Assembly (NCBI GenBank): GCA_964016885.1
Contig: OZ024760.1
Span: 2,356,001-2,420,000, forward strand
Direction: 5' to 3'
DNA length: 64,000 nt
DNA from: Eledone cirrhosa
Lineage: Eukaryota
Shown: positions 25,395 through 38,079 of the stretch, one piece after another
Layout of the letters: each line of letters starts with the position of its first letter
Position numbering within the stretch: the stretch's first letter is position 1
The notes under the pieces: generated by a model
What the model saw: only the letters and a program-made list of their open reading frames with translations
Databases searched by the model: none
Told to the model about the DNA's origin: nothing
Program-made: the position numbers and the translations under genes

Positions 25395-26544
25395 AATACA
25401 GCTACCCAGCATTAGTAAAATGTTTGTTACTTATGTTATAAACATCAGTTTAATAATGAGAAAGTTATTTTATTAATTCCTCTAAATTTTTCATTATTTT
25501 TAAAAATTACTTGAAAACCACAAACAGTGTCTTTCATTAGAAATATAGTAACAAAAAGGTTAAAGTGTTTATATTGATCTTAAAACCTTCCAACATAATT
25601 TAAAGAACCTTTGTTAAGTTAAGTTTCATTTATTAATTTCCTCTAAATTCTTCATTATTTTTTTTAATTACTTGAAAACCACAAACAGTGTCTTTCATTA
25701 GAAAAGGTTAGTCTTTAAATTATCTAATAATTTTTCAACATAATTTTAAGAACCTTTGTTAAGTTATGTTCCATTTGTTAATTCCCTTTAAATTCTTGAT
25801 TATTTTTTAAAGTTACTTGAAATTCACAAACAGTGTTTTTCATTAGAAATATAGTAACAAAGAGGTTGAAGTGTTTATATTTATCTTAAAACCTTCCATC
25901 ATAATTTTACTATGTTATGTTCCAAACACCAGATAAATAATAAGAAAGTTATTTATATTTCTAAATTCTTGATTATTTTTGAAAGATTGTGTCTTAAGTC
26001 TTTAGTATTTACATTACTCTTAACTTTGCCTTTCATCCTTACGGGGTCGATAAAATAAAGTACCAGTAATGCACTGGGTAATTGCTGGCCTTGTGCCTAA
26101 AGTAGAAACAATTATATTTTCATGGTAAAGTCTTTATCCCACAAATTATCTTACATAATATGGAATCTATGAGATTTTGAAGTTATTTATTTTGAGAACA
26201 ATTCCCTAACCCTTTAGGAGTTACATTATTTTATATTCCCTTTACGATCTGAGTTCAAATCCCGCCGAGGTTGACTTTGCCTTTCATCCTTACGGGGTCG
26301 ATAAAATAAAGTACCAGTAATGCACTGGATAATTGCTGGCCTTGTGCCTAACGTAGAAACAATTATTTTATATTTACTATTATATTTTCATGGTAAAGGC
26401 TTTACCTCACATAATATCGAATCTATGAGATTTTGACGTTATCTATTTTGAAATATTTTAAATACTTTAACATCAGTATGAACGGCCGGTTACAGCCGGT
26501 TTGAACAGAAGTAAGTGAGAGAATTCTGGCCAGTTACTACTGGT

Positions 26545-27284
26545 TTAACCCTTTAGTATTTAAACTAGCCATATCCAGCCAGAATTCTCTCACCACTTTC
26601 TGTTCAAATTGGTTGTAACCAACTGCTCATACTGATGTTAAGGTAGTGTTCTTAAAATAAACAAAATCAAAATCTTGTAAATTCAATATTATGTTAGATA
26701 ATTATGTAAGATAAAGCCTTTACCACAAAAATACGATAGTATATAGAGAGTAATATAAATGCTTAAGGCTTAACCCGGCTGTAATTGGCCACTCATACTG
26801 ATGTTAAGGTATTGTTCTCAAAATAAACAATATAAAAATCTCATAGATTCGATATTATGTGAGATAATTATGTAAGATAAAGCCGTTACCATGAAAATAC
26901 GATAGTAAATATAGAGTAATGTAAATGATAAAGGGTTAACACGGCTGTAACTGGCCACTCATACTGATGTTAAGGTACTGTTCTCAAAATAAACAATATC
27001 AAAATCTTATAGATTTTATATTATGTGGGATATTATGTGAAATAAAGCCATTACCGTGAAAATACGATAGCAAATATAGAGTAATGTAAATGATAAAGGG
27101 TTAACACGGCTGTAACTGGCCACTCATACTGATGTTAAGGTACTGTTCTCAAAATAAACAATATAAAAATCTCATAGATTCCATATTATGTGAGATGATT
27201 ACCTAAAATAAAGCCTTTACCACAAAAATACAATAGTAAATATAGAGTAATGTAAATGCTAAAGAGTTAAATGCTGAAGGGTTA
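26545..27284 (+). mobile_element. piggyBac-like MITE with about four tandem internal units
   Basis: Starts TTAACCCTTTAGTATTTAAAC. Units of ~165 bp each end TAAATG(C/A)TAAAGGGTTAA or a variant of it. Confidence 0.65.
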
Positions 27285-27721
27285 ATGAAAGAGTTATTTT
27301 TTTTATGTTATTGTTGTCGTTAAGTCATGTTGTTATATTGTGGAACTATATAACAAGTTTTCTTAACCATTTAAAAAGAAGTGATTTCTGTAAGTAATTT
27401 AAATAGATTAGAAGTGAGAAACAAATTACAGAATCAAAACAAACGGAAACATAATTAGATTTGGTTGTAGAAGAAAAATAGATTTTTATTGTGAAGAAGA
27501 GGGTGAGGGGTGAGGGGGAGGAAGGATTGGGGGGAGGGGCGAGAGGCAGTGGGAGATGAGGGGGGAGAGTAGGAGGAGGAGGTGGGAGAGGAGGAGAGAA
27601 AAATATTCTGAAAGAAAAAAGAAGAAAAATAAGGAGGAGGAGGTGGAGGAGAAGAATGAGAAGAAAACAGAAAGAAAAAGGAGGAAGAGGAGGAGAAAAA
27701 AGACAGAAATAATAATAATAA

Positions 27722-28510
27722 TAATAATTTCTACTATAGGCACAAGGCCAGCAATTGACTTTCCCCCACCCCCTTGGGGTGGGGGAAAGTCAATTAAGTC
27801 AACCCCAGTGCATTACTGGTACTTTACTTTATCGACTTCATAAGGATGAAAGGTAAAGCTAACGTCGGTGGGATTTGACCTCAGAACGTAAAGGGCCATA
27901 ACTATGCTGCAAAGCAATGTGTCCGACAACACTGGCAACACTGCCAGACCAAATAATGGTCTCTGATTTAGGCACAAGGCCAACAATTTTGGGAGAGGGG
28001 GAAAGTCGATGAAATCAACCCCAGGGCATTACTGGTACTTTATTTTATTGACCCCGTAAAGATGAAAGGCAAAGTTAACCTCAGCGAGATTTGAACTCAG
28101 AACATAAAGGGTTCTATAATGCAAATCATGTCGTCTGATGTATCGGACAACATGCTTTTCAGCATAGAGTTATGCCCTTTACGTTCTGAGTTCAAATCCC
28201 ACCGTTAGCTTTCCCTTTCATCTTTACAGGGTCCATAAAATAAAGTACCAGTAATGTACTGAGGTCGATTAATTGACTGCCCCACCCACAATAAAAAAAA
28301 TTAATAGTCTTCTGCCTAAATCAGAAACCATTATTTAACGCAGTATCGGCAGAGCAGCAGACACCGTGCTTGGCAGCATAGAGTTATGGCCCTTTACCTT
28401 CTGAGTTCAAATCCCGCCGAGGTTAGCTTCGCCTTTCATCATCCTTACGGGGTCGATAAAATAAAGTACCAGTAATGCACTGAGATAATTGCTGGCCTTG
28501 TGCCAAAACA
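27722..28510. mobile_element. Cluster of four family A SINEs (two minus, then two plus)
   Basis: The Nin-like domain occurs in both orientations. Confidence 0.7.
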
Positions 28511-28814
28511 ATATTTATAGCGATTGACAGCTGTTCAAATTATTTTCTACGTTTGGGATTCCCACATTTTTCAGATTTGATTGTAATTTTAACAAACGTC
28601 ACTTTGTTGTTTTTATTGCTGTTGTTTATTTTGATTTGTTTATTTCACTATTGTTTTTATATATTTTTTTCATTTATTTTATACATTTTTTTTGTTTATT
28701 TTTAAAATTCGTTTTATTAATCTTTGTTTTTTTTTTGTTTTTGTTTTCGTGTTTGTTTTTGTTTCTACTTTTGACAAAAAAATTAAAGAGAACTTGATGT
28801 AAATAGTATTAAAT

Positions 28815-29765
28815 GTTGTTGTGTTTGGCATGTGTGTATGTTGTGTGTGTTGTGTGTGTGTTGTGTGTGTTGTGTGTGTTGTGTGTGTTGTGTGTGTGTT
28901 GCGTGTGTGTTGTGTGTGTGTTGTGTGTGTTGTGTGTGTGTTGTGTGTGTTGTGTGTATGTTGTATGTGTGTTGTGTGTGTGTGTGTGTTGTGTGTGCTG
29001 TGTGTGTTGTGTGTGTGTTGTGTGTGTGTTGTGTGTGTTGTGTGCGTGTTGTATGTGTGTTGTGTGTGTTGTGTGCGTGTTGTATGTGTGTTGTGTGTGT
29101 GTTGTGTGTGTGTGTGTGTGTTGTGTGTTGTGTGTTGTGTGTGTGTTGTGTGTGTGTTGTGTGTGTTGTGTGTATGTTGTATGTGTGTTGTGTGTGTATG
29201 TATGTGGGTATGTGTATGTGTGTGTTGCATGTATGTGTGTGTGGATGTCTATGATTGTGATGAGTATGTGTGTATGTGTGTTGTGTTTGTGTGTGTGTGT
29301 ATTGTGTACGTGTGTGTGTTTGTGTGTTGTGTATGTATATTGTGTTTGACATGTCTACGATGATGTGTATGTGTGTGTGTCACTGTAGGTGTGCGTTCTG
29401 TGTGTGTGTGCGCGTTTGTGAGTGTGTGTGTTGGTATGTGTGTCATGTGTTCTGTGTGTGTTGGTAGGTGTGTGTATGTGTGTGTATGTGTGTGTGTTGG
29501 TAGGTGTGTGTATGTGTGTGTATGTGTGTGTGTTGGTAGGTGTGTGTATGTGTGTGTGAGTATGTGTGTGTGTGTTGGTAGGTGTGTGTATGTGTGTGTA
29601 AGTATGTGTGTGTGTGTGTTGGTAGGTGTGTGTATGTGTGTGTGAGTATGTGTGTGTGTGTGTTGGTAGGTGTGTGTATGTGTGTGTTGGTAGGTGTGTG
29701 TGTGTGTGTGTGTTGGTAGGTGTGTGTATGTGTGTGTGTGTGTGTTGGTAGGTGTGTGTATGTGT
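28815..29765. repeat. (TG)n-derived compound microsatellite
   Basis: Read directly. Confidence 0.9.
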
Positions 29766-29852
29766 TACGGGGTCGATAAAATAAAGTACCAGTAATACAC
29801 TGGGATAATTGCTGGCCTTGTGCCAACAATAGAAACAATTATTATTATTATT

Positions 29853-30160
29853 CTACTCAGACCATGTGCCTAAAGGTTGGCTAATTTGATGAGGAGAGGG
29901 GTGCCCTCCCTGGTGCCCTAGAAGTGCAGGGTGGTTCAGGATTGGTGGGGTACCTGAGTCACCCCAGGGTCGTCCACCCCCGCTATTGGGGAATTTATTT
30001 TGTTATATTTATGCATAGTTTATTTTATATTTGTATATCTTCATTGTTAAATTAGTCTTGCCATTGTGGCCTTTTACTCGACCTTATTGTAAACCCCCCA
30101 CTGTCCCTGTCTTTGTATTGTCCCCTACATGTCGGCCCTTGTGGCTAATAAATGAAATCA
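29853..30160 (+). mobile_element. 3' UTR fragment of a Tx1-like sister family in (ATT)n
   Basis: Ends TGTAAACCCCC..TGTCCC..GCCCTTGTGGCTAATAAATGAAATC, like the 3' end of the full element; (ATT)n on both sides. Confidence 0.6.
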
Positions 30161-30176
30161 TTATTATTATTATTAT

Positions 30177-30760
30177 CGCCGAGGTTGACTTTGCCTTTCA
30201 TCCTTACGGGGTGGATAAAATAAAGTACCAGTAATGCACTGGGTAATTGCTGGCCTTGTGCCTAAAGTAGAAACAATTATTATTATTATTATCATTATTA
30301 ATAGAGCGATTGGGCAGAGTATTGGTAGAGGGTCGGACGCCATGCTTTGACGCATAGAGTTACGGCCCTTTCCATTCTGAGCTCAAATCCCACCGAGGTT
30401 AACTTTGCCTTTCATCCTTACGGGGGTAGATAAAATAAAGTACCAGTGAAACACTGGGGTCGATTTAATTGACTTTCCCTCTCTCCCAACTTACTAGCCT
30501 TGTGCCTATACTAGAAATCATTATTAATAGAGCAATGGATTGTCAGTGTCAGTAGAGGGTCGAACACCATGCTTTTTAGCATAGAGTTACGGCCCTTTAT
30601 GGTCTGAGTTCAAATCCCGCCGAGGTTAACTTTGCCTTTCAATAATAATAATAATAACTGTTTCTACTTTAGGCACAAGGCCAGCAATTACCCAGTACAT
30701 TACTGGTACTTTATTTTATCGACCTTGTACGGATGAAAGGCAAAGTTAACCTCGGCGGGA
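30177..30760. mobile_element. Cluster of family A SINEs
   Basis: Three plus-strand copies and one minus-strand copy, some partial. Confidence 0.7.
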
Positions 30761-30889
30761 TCTTTTCTGCTTCAGGCACAAGATCAACAATATTGACCCA
30801 AGTGCGTTATTGGAACTTTATTTTAGCGAGCACCCCTCCCCTCCGTAGGATTTTCATTCTAATTTTTATTTGAGTCAGTTATTTTGATG

Positions 30890-32870
30890 GGACAGAGGTA
30901 TGGTGGGGGGTGTAGTGGTATTGTGTGGTAGTGGTATGGTGAAACAGTGGTATGATGGGACAGTGGTATGGTGGGACAGTAGTATAGTGGGACAGTGGTA
31001 TGGTGAGACAGCGGTATGGTGAGACAGTGGTATGGTGGGACAGTGGGATGGTGAGACAGCAGTATGGTGAGACAGTGGTATGGTGAGACAGTGGGATGGT
31101 GAGACAGCAGTATGGTGAGACAGTGGTATGGTGAGACAGTGGTATGGTGAGACAGTGGTATGGTGGGACAGTGGTATGGTGGGACAGTGGGATGGTGAGA
31201 CAGCAGTATGGTGAGACAGTGGTATGGTGAGACAGTGGTATGGTGAGACAGTGGTATGGTGGGACAGTGGTATGGTGGGACAGTGGTATGGTGGGACAGT
31301 AGTATAGTGGGACAGCGGTATGGTGAGACAGTGGTATGGTGAGACAGTGGGATGGTGAGACAGCAGTATGGTGAGACAGTGGTATGGTGAGACAGTGGTA
31401 TGGTGAGACAGTGGTATGGTGGGACAGTGGTATGGTGGGACAGTGGTATGGTGGGACAGTAGTATAGTGGGACAGTGGTATGGTGGGACAGTGGGATGGT
31501 GAGACAGTGGTATGGTGAGACAGTGGGATGGTGAGACAGTGATATGGTGAGACAGTGGTATGGTGAGACAGTGGTATGGTGGGACAGTGGTATGGTGGGA
31601 CAGTGGTATGGTGGGACAGTGGTATGGTGGGACAGCAGTATGGTGAGACAGTGGTATGGTGAGACAGTGGTATGGTGAGACAGTGGTATGGTGGGACAAT
31701 GGTATGGTGGGACAGTGGTATGGTGGGACAGTAGTATAGTGGGATAGTGGTATGGTGAGACAGCAGTATGGTGGGACAGTGGGATGGTGAGACAGTGGTA
31801 TGGTGAGACAGTGGTATGGTGAGACAGTGGTATGGTGAGACAGTGGTATGGTGAGACAGTGGGATGGTGAGACAGCAGTATGGTGAGACAGTGGTATGGT
31901 GAGACAGTGGTATGGTGAGACAGTGGTATGGTGGGACAATGGTATGGTGGGACAGTGGTATGGTGGGACAGTAGTATAGTGGGATAGTGGTATGGTGAGA
32001 CAGTGGTATGGTGGGACAGTGGGATAGTGAGACAGCAGTATGGTGAGACAGTGGTATGGTGAGACAGTGGTATGGTGAGACAGTGGTATGGTGGGACAGT
32101 GGTATGGTGGGACAGTGGTATGGTGGGACAGTGGTATGGTGGGACAGTGGTATGGTGAGACAGTGGTATGGTGAGACAGTGGTATGGTGAGACAGTGGTA
32201 TGGTGGGACAGTGGTATGGTGGGACAGTGGTATGGTGGGACAGTGGTATGGTGGGACAGTGGTATGGTGAGACAGTGGTATGGTGAGACAGTGGTATGGT
32301 GAGACAGTGGTATGGTGGGACAGTGGTATGGTGGGACAGTGGTATGGTGGGACAGTGGTATGATGGGACAGTGGTATAGTGAGGCAGCGGTATGGTGGGA
32401 CAGCGGTATGGTGGGACAATGGTATGGTGGGACAGTGGTATGGTGGGACAGTGGTATGGTGAGGCAGCAGTATGGTGGGACAGTGGTATGGTGGGACAGT
32501 GGTATGGTGAGACAGCGGTATGGTGGGACAGTGGTATGGTGGGGTAGTGGTATGGTGAGGCAGTGGTATGGTGGGACAGCGGTATGGTGGGACAACGGTA
32601 TGGTGGGACAGCAGTATGGTGGGACAGTGGTATGGTGGGACAGTGGTATGATGGGACAGTGGTATAGTGGGACAGTGGTATGGTGGGACAGTGGTATGGT
32701 GGGACAGTGGTATGATGGGACAGCGGGATGGTGAGACAGTGGTATGATGGGACAGTGATATGATGGGACAGCGGTATGGTGAGACATCGGTATGGTGGGA
32801 CAGCGGTATGGTGGGACAACGGTATGGTGGGACAGTAGTATGGTGGGACAGCGGTATGGTGGTATGGTAG
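30890..32870. repeat. 16-bp minisatellite (CAGTGGTATGGTGRGA)n
   Basis: Read directly; the three long minus-strand ORFs cycle through a 16-aa (48-bp) period. Confidence 0.95.
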
Positions 32871-34032
32871 AACAACAGAATGGTGGAATGGACAATTTCA
32901 GATTAGATATGCTGAAATGATCCGATGCTATTTTCTTTAAAAATATCTTCTCATTTCTTTATTAGATACACACATATACATACATATAGAAACACATATA
33001 TACATACACATACCAACACACACATAGACATATACATACACATATCAACACACATATACATACATATAGAAACACATATATACATATACATACCAACACA
33101 CATAGACATACATACACATAGAAACACACTCAACCATACACATACCAACAGACATATACATACACATATTAATACTCATATACATACATATAGAAACACA
33201 CATATACATATACATACCAACACACATAGACATATATATACATACACATAGAAACACACTTAACCATACACATACCAACACACATAGACATACACATATC
33301 AACACACATATACATACATATAGAAACACACATAACCATACTCATATCAACACACATATACATATACATACCACCACACATAGACATATATATATACATA
33401 CACATAGAGTCAGTTATTTTGATGGGACAGAGGTATGGTGGGGGGTGTAGTGGTATTGTGTGGTAGTATTATGGTGGGACAGTGGTATGTGTTGTTTCCT
33501 TGAGCAAGACACTTTATTTTTTCACGTTGCTCCAGTTTACTCAGCTGTAGAAATGAGATTATAGGGACTGGGATCCCTATCATTCGTGGAGGTGCCACGG
33601 CAAAAAAGCACCCAGCACTCACTGTAAAAGAGGTTGGTGTTAGGAAGGGCATCCAGCTGTAGAAATCAAGCCAGAATCAGTTCCCGTCCCACCCTGGCAA
33701 GCAGGGAAAAGTGGACGTAAAATGAAATGATGATGAATGATGATAGAAACACACATAACCATACACATACCAACACACGTAAACACACACACACATACCA
33801 ACACACATAGACATACACATAGGTACACCCATAAACATTTACACACATAAAAACACAAATATACACATACACACACATAAACTCATAGATACACAAAACA
33901 ATTATGCACACAAGCATACACACACACACACACATACACACAGGCACATAAACACACAGACATCAACGCATATACATACACATATACATTCAGAAATACA
34001 AATGTCTCTCCTTGAGATTTAATACCAATGCA

Positions 34033-35727
34033 ACGCCACCACCACCACCATCACTGCCACCACCACCACCACCACTGCTACCACCACCATCACTGCCACC
34101 ACCACCACCACCATCACTATCACCACCACTGCTACCACCATCACTGCCACCACCACCATCACTGCCACCACCACCATCACTATCACCACCACCACCACCA
34201 CCACTGCTACCACCATCACTGCCACCACCACCATCACTGCCACCACCACCATCACTATCACCACCACCACCACCACCACTGCTACCACCATCACTGCCAC
34301 CACCACCATCACTGCCACCACCACCATCACTATCATCACCACCACCACCACTTCTACCACCATCACTGCCACCACCACCATCACTGCCACCACCACCACC
34401 ACCACTTCTACCACCATCACTGCCACCACCACCATCACTGCCACCACCACCACCACCACTGCTACCACCATCACTGCCGCCACCACCATCACTGCCGCCA
34501 CCACCATCACTGCCACCACCACCATCACTGCCACCACCACCATCACCACCACCACCACCACCACTGCTACCACCATCACTGCCACCACCACCATCTCTGC
34601 CACCACCACCATCACTATCACCACTACCACCACCACCACTGCTACCACCATCACTGCCACCACCACCATCACTGCCACCACCACCATCACTATCACCACC
34701 ACCACCACCACTGCTACCCCCATCACTGCCACCACCTCCATCATCACTACGCCGACCATCATCATCACCACCACCACCACCACCACTGCTACCCCCATCA
34801 CTGCCACCACCTCCATCATCACTACGCCGACCATCATCATCACCACCACCACCACCACCACTATGACCACTACCACCACCACCACTATGACCACCATCAC
34901 AACCACAACACCACCACCACCACCACCACTGCTACCACCATCACTGCCACCACCACCATCACTATCACCACCACCACCACCACTGCTACCCCCATCACTA
35001 CCACCAACAACAACCACAACAACACCACTACCACTAGCACCACCATCATCGCCGCTACCCCTGCCACTACAACCACCATCACCACTATCACCACTACCAT
35101 CACCACCGCCACCATCACCACTAGCACCACCATCACCACCATCACCACCATCACCATCACCGCTACCACCACCACTACCATCACCACTATCACCACCGCC
35201 ACTATCACCACTACCACCATCACCTCTGCCACCATCACCACTAGCACCACCATCACCACCATCACCACTACCACCATCACCACTACCACCACCACTACCA
35301 TCACCACTATCACCACCACCACCATCACCACCATCACCACTACCACTATCACCACTACTACTATCACCACTACCACCACCATCACCACTACCACCACCAC
35401 TACCGCCACCATCACCACCACTACCACCAACACCACCACTACCATCACCATCACCACTATCACCACCGCCACCATCACCACCATCACCACCACCACCATC
35501 ACCACCACCATCACCACTACCACCATCACCACTACCACCATCACCACCACCACCACCATCACCACCATCACCACCACCACCACCACCACCATCACCATCA
35601 CCACCAACGTCACTACCATCACCACCATCACCACCATCACCACCACCACCACCATCACCATCACCACCACCACCACCAACGTCACTACCACCACTACCAC
35701 CACCACCACCACCACCACCACCACCAC
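34033..35727. repeat. (CCA)n-rich compound trinucleotide tract
   Basis: Read directly. Confidence 0.9.
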
Positions 35728-35846
35728 AGAAGCCAGTGGAAATCTGTTGAATTTCACACAAAAGAAAGAATTTGAATGGCTAAAGAGTTCTTAAATAGAT
35801 TATTTCTTCCATATGACTGAAGAATACATCTAGAAAAGAAGAAGCA

Positions 35847-35877
<31 letters not shown>

Positions 35878-35954
35878 TCTTTATTATCTTATATAGGCAC
35901 AAGGCCAGTAATTTGGAGGGAGGGGAAAGTCGATTAAATCGACCCCAGTACATT

Positions 35955-36308
35955 CAGACTCACACTCAGAAGCTCCCGTGTCTTGCGACGCATGAGGCAA
36001 TCATAGCGTTCCACCGCGTTCGGTCAGCAGCCAGTTGCACAGCGTCCCACCATTGTCTGTTTGTCGCTCGCAGGTCCCTCTCAACTGTCTGGCGCCAGTT
36101 CATTTTGGGTCGCCCTCTCCGTCTGCTTCCCTGTGGGTTCCATTTAAGTACTTGGTTCGCCAGTCTCTCAGGGGGAAGTCTCAAAGCGTGCCCAAACCAG
36201 CCCAGGCGTCGCTTGCAGATGGTAGAAGAGACTAGCTGCTGGTTGGTGCGGTTCCTGACTTCCTGGTTTGTTACATGGTCACTCCATTTAATCCCCAGGA
36301 TCTTTCGC
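35955..36308 (-). mobile_element. RTE-clade LINE 3' end inserted into a family A SINE
   Basis: RLPPERLANQVLKWNPQGSRRRGRPKMNWRQTVERDL..AADRTRW. Flanked by a CAGTRCATT duplication; the SINE halves lie at 35895-35952 and 36310-36387. Confidence 0.85.
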
Positions 36309-36394
36309 AGTGCATTACTGGTACTTTATTTTATCGACCCCGTAAGGATGAAAGGCAAAGTTAACCTCGGCGGGATTTGAGCTCAGATAATATT

Positions 36395-36812
36395 AATAAT
36401 GGTTTCTTTATTGGCCACAAGGGCTGACATGAAGAAAAACATTAGAGACAGCACAGAACAGTACAGGACAATACAAAGTGGGTTTTGGTCGTGTAAACAG
36501 GTTATAACAAGATTGGGCTAGAAATCAAAAAAATTCAAACAACAAAAATTCCCCAAAAAGGGGGAAACCTCCGAGGGTTACTCGTGGCGAAAGCCACACA
36601 AAAAGGCCACGGCCACCCTGACCACCAGGGCAAGCGCCCTCTCTCAGTTTCCCCACTCCTCAGTCTACAGGCGCATACTCAGAGCGAGCCCGTTCACTCG
36701 GACCAGACTCGCCACTTTCACCCACCTTTCAACAAACTTACTAGAAGACAGCACTTGTCTCTCCACCCTGATTGTCCTCTTCAAGTGAAATTTGAAAAAG
36801 TTAATCAGGGCA
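36395..36812 (-). mobile_element. Tx1-like sister family, ORF2 C-terminus and 3' UTR
   Basis: Manual translation LINFFKFHLKRTIRVERQVLSSSKFVERWVKVASLVRVNGLALSMRL* aligns with the end of the 38080 ORF2. The tail ends in ATT repeats. Confidence 0.8.
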
Positions 36813-36987
36813 TCATTATGGGTAGAACTGTTTCGCAAAATTCAGTGAGGGGATTTATTGGGGTATCTCAACAGGTACTCACACCAATATTCACTATTTT
36901 AGTCAATATTTTCTTTACCCTGGTGGACTATGTCCTTTGTGATTTGAACACACATAACTAAATATCAGTGATCGTCTCTCCTTACAG

Positions 36988-37019
<32 letters not shown>

Positions 37020-37309
37020 GTTTGTCCACACTGTAAAGGTGGTTGGTGCCAGGAAGGGCATCAAGCAGTAAAAAACACCTGCCAGAGACACTTCCGTACG
37101 AGCGAGACACGGTCTCCCAACCATTCCCACATCAAATGGAACAAAACCATCTAACCCATGCTAGCATGGAAGATGGACGTTAAACGATGATGATGATGAT
37201 GATGATAATGATGATAATGATGATGATGATGATGGTGATGGTGATGATGATGTTATATAGATAGATAGATTGGTAGATAGATAGATCGGTATATAGATAG
37301 ATAGATAGA

Positions 37310-37767
37310 TTTCTTTATTAGCCACAAGGGCGCACAAGAAAGGGGGATAATACAAAGACATGCCGGGGATTTTACATACAGTCGTGTAAAAATAGATAGA
37401 TAGATAGATAGATATGTTTCTTTATTAGCCACAGGGGGACAAAAGAAGGGGACAAATACAAAAGGGGAAGTTTACATACAATAAAAACGTGTAAAATATT
37501 ATCACAAATGTAATTTAAAAATTAGGGGGAGACATTACATATGGGTAACACATACCCCCGAAAAAAATGTGCAACCCTCATCTCCAGTAGATAGATAGAT
37601 AGATAGATAGAGAGAGAGATAGATAGATAGATATGTTTCTTTATTAGCCACAGGGGGACAAAAGAAGGGGACAAATACAAAGGGGGAAGTTTACATACAA
37701 TAAAAACGTGTAAAATGTTATCACAGATGCAATTTAAAAAGTTAGTCAATTTTCCCCAATAGGGGGA
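37310..37767 (-). mobile_element. Three short 3'-end fragments of Tx1-like relatives separated by (GATA)n
   Basis: Fragments at ~37310-37392, ~37414-37587 and ~37632-37767, each ending GTGGCTAATAAAGAAA on the minus strand. Confidence 0.75.
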
Positions 37768-38079
37768 GATAGATAGATAGATAGATAGATAGATAGGTAG
37801 ATAGATAGATAGATATATTTCTTTTATTTGCCACTAGGGCATCAAAAGTGGGACAAGTACAAAGGGGGGAGTTTACATAAAAAGGCGTCCTCAATAAGGA
37901 GGAGGCAATAACAAAATATAAAAATAAAATAAGATATAACAAAAAATAAAATTTTTAACAAAATCCTCAATAGAGAGGAGGCGCCTTGGGGGGTCGCACA
38001 CACCCCCGAAAAAAGTGTGCAACCCTTCTCCTCAGGAGCACAGAGAAGGGGTGCTCCCTTGGTCTTTCATCTTCCTCAC

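Noticed and set aside
30859-32895. Three overlapping ~650-aa ORFs
   Set aside because: A 16-bp minisatellite that is open in all three minus-strand frames.
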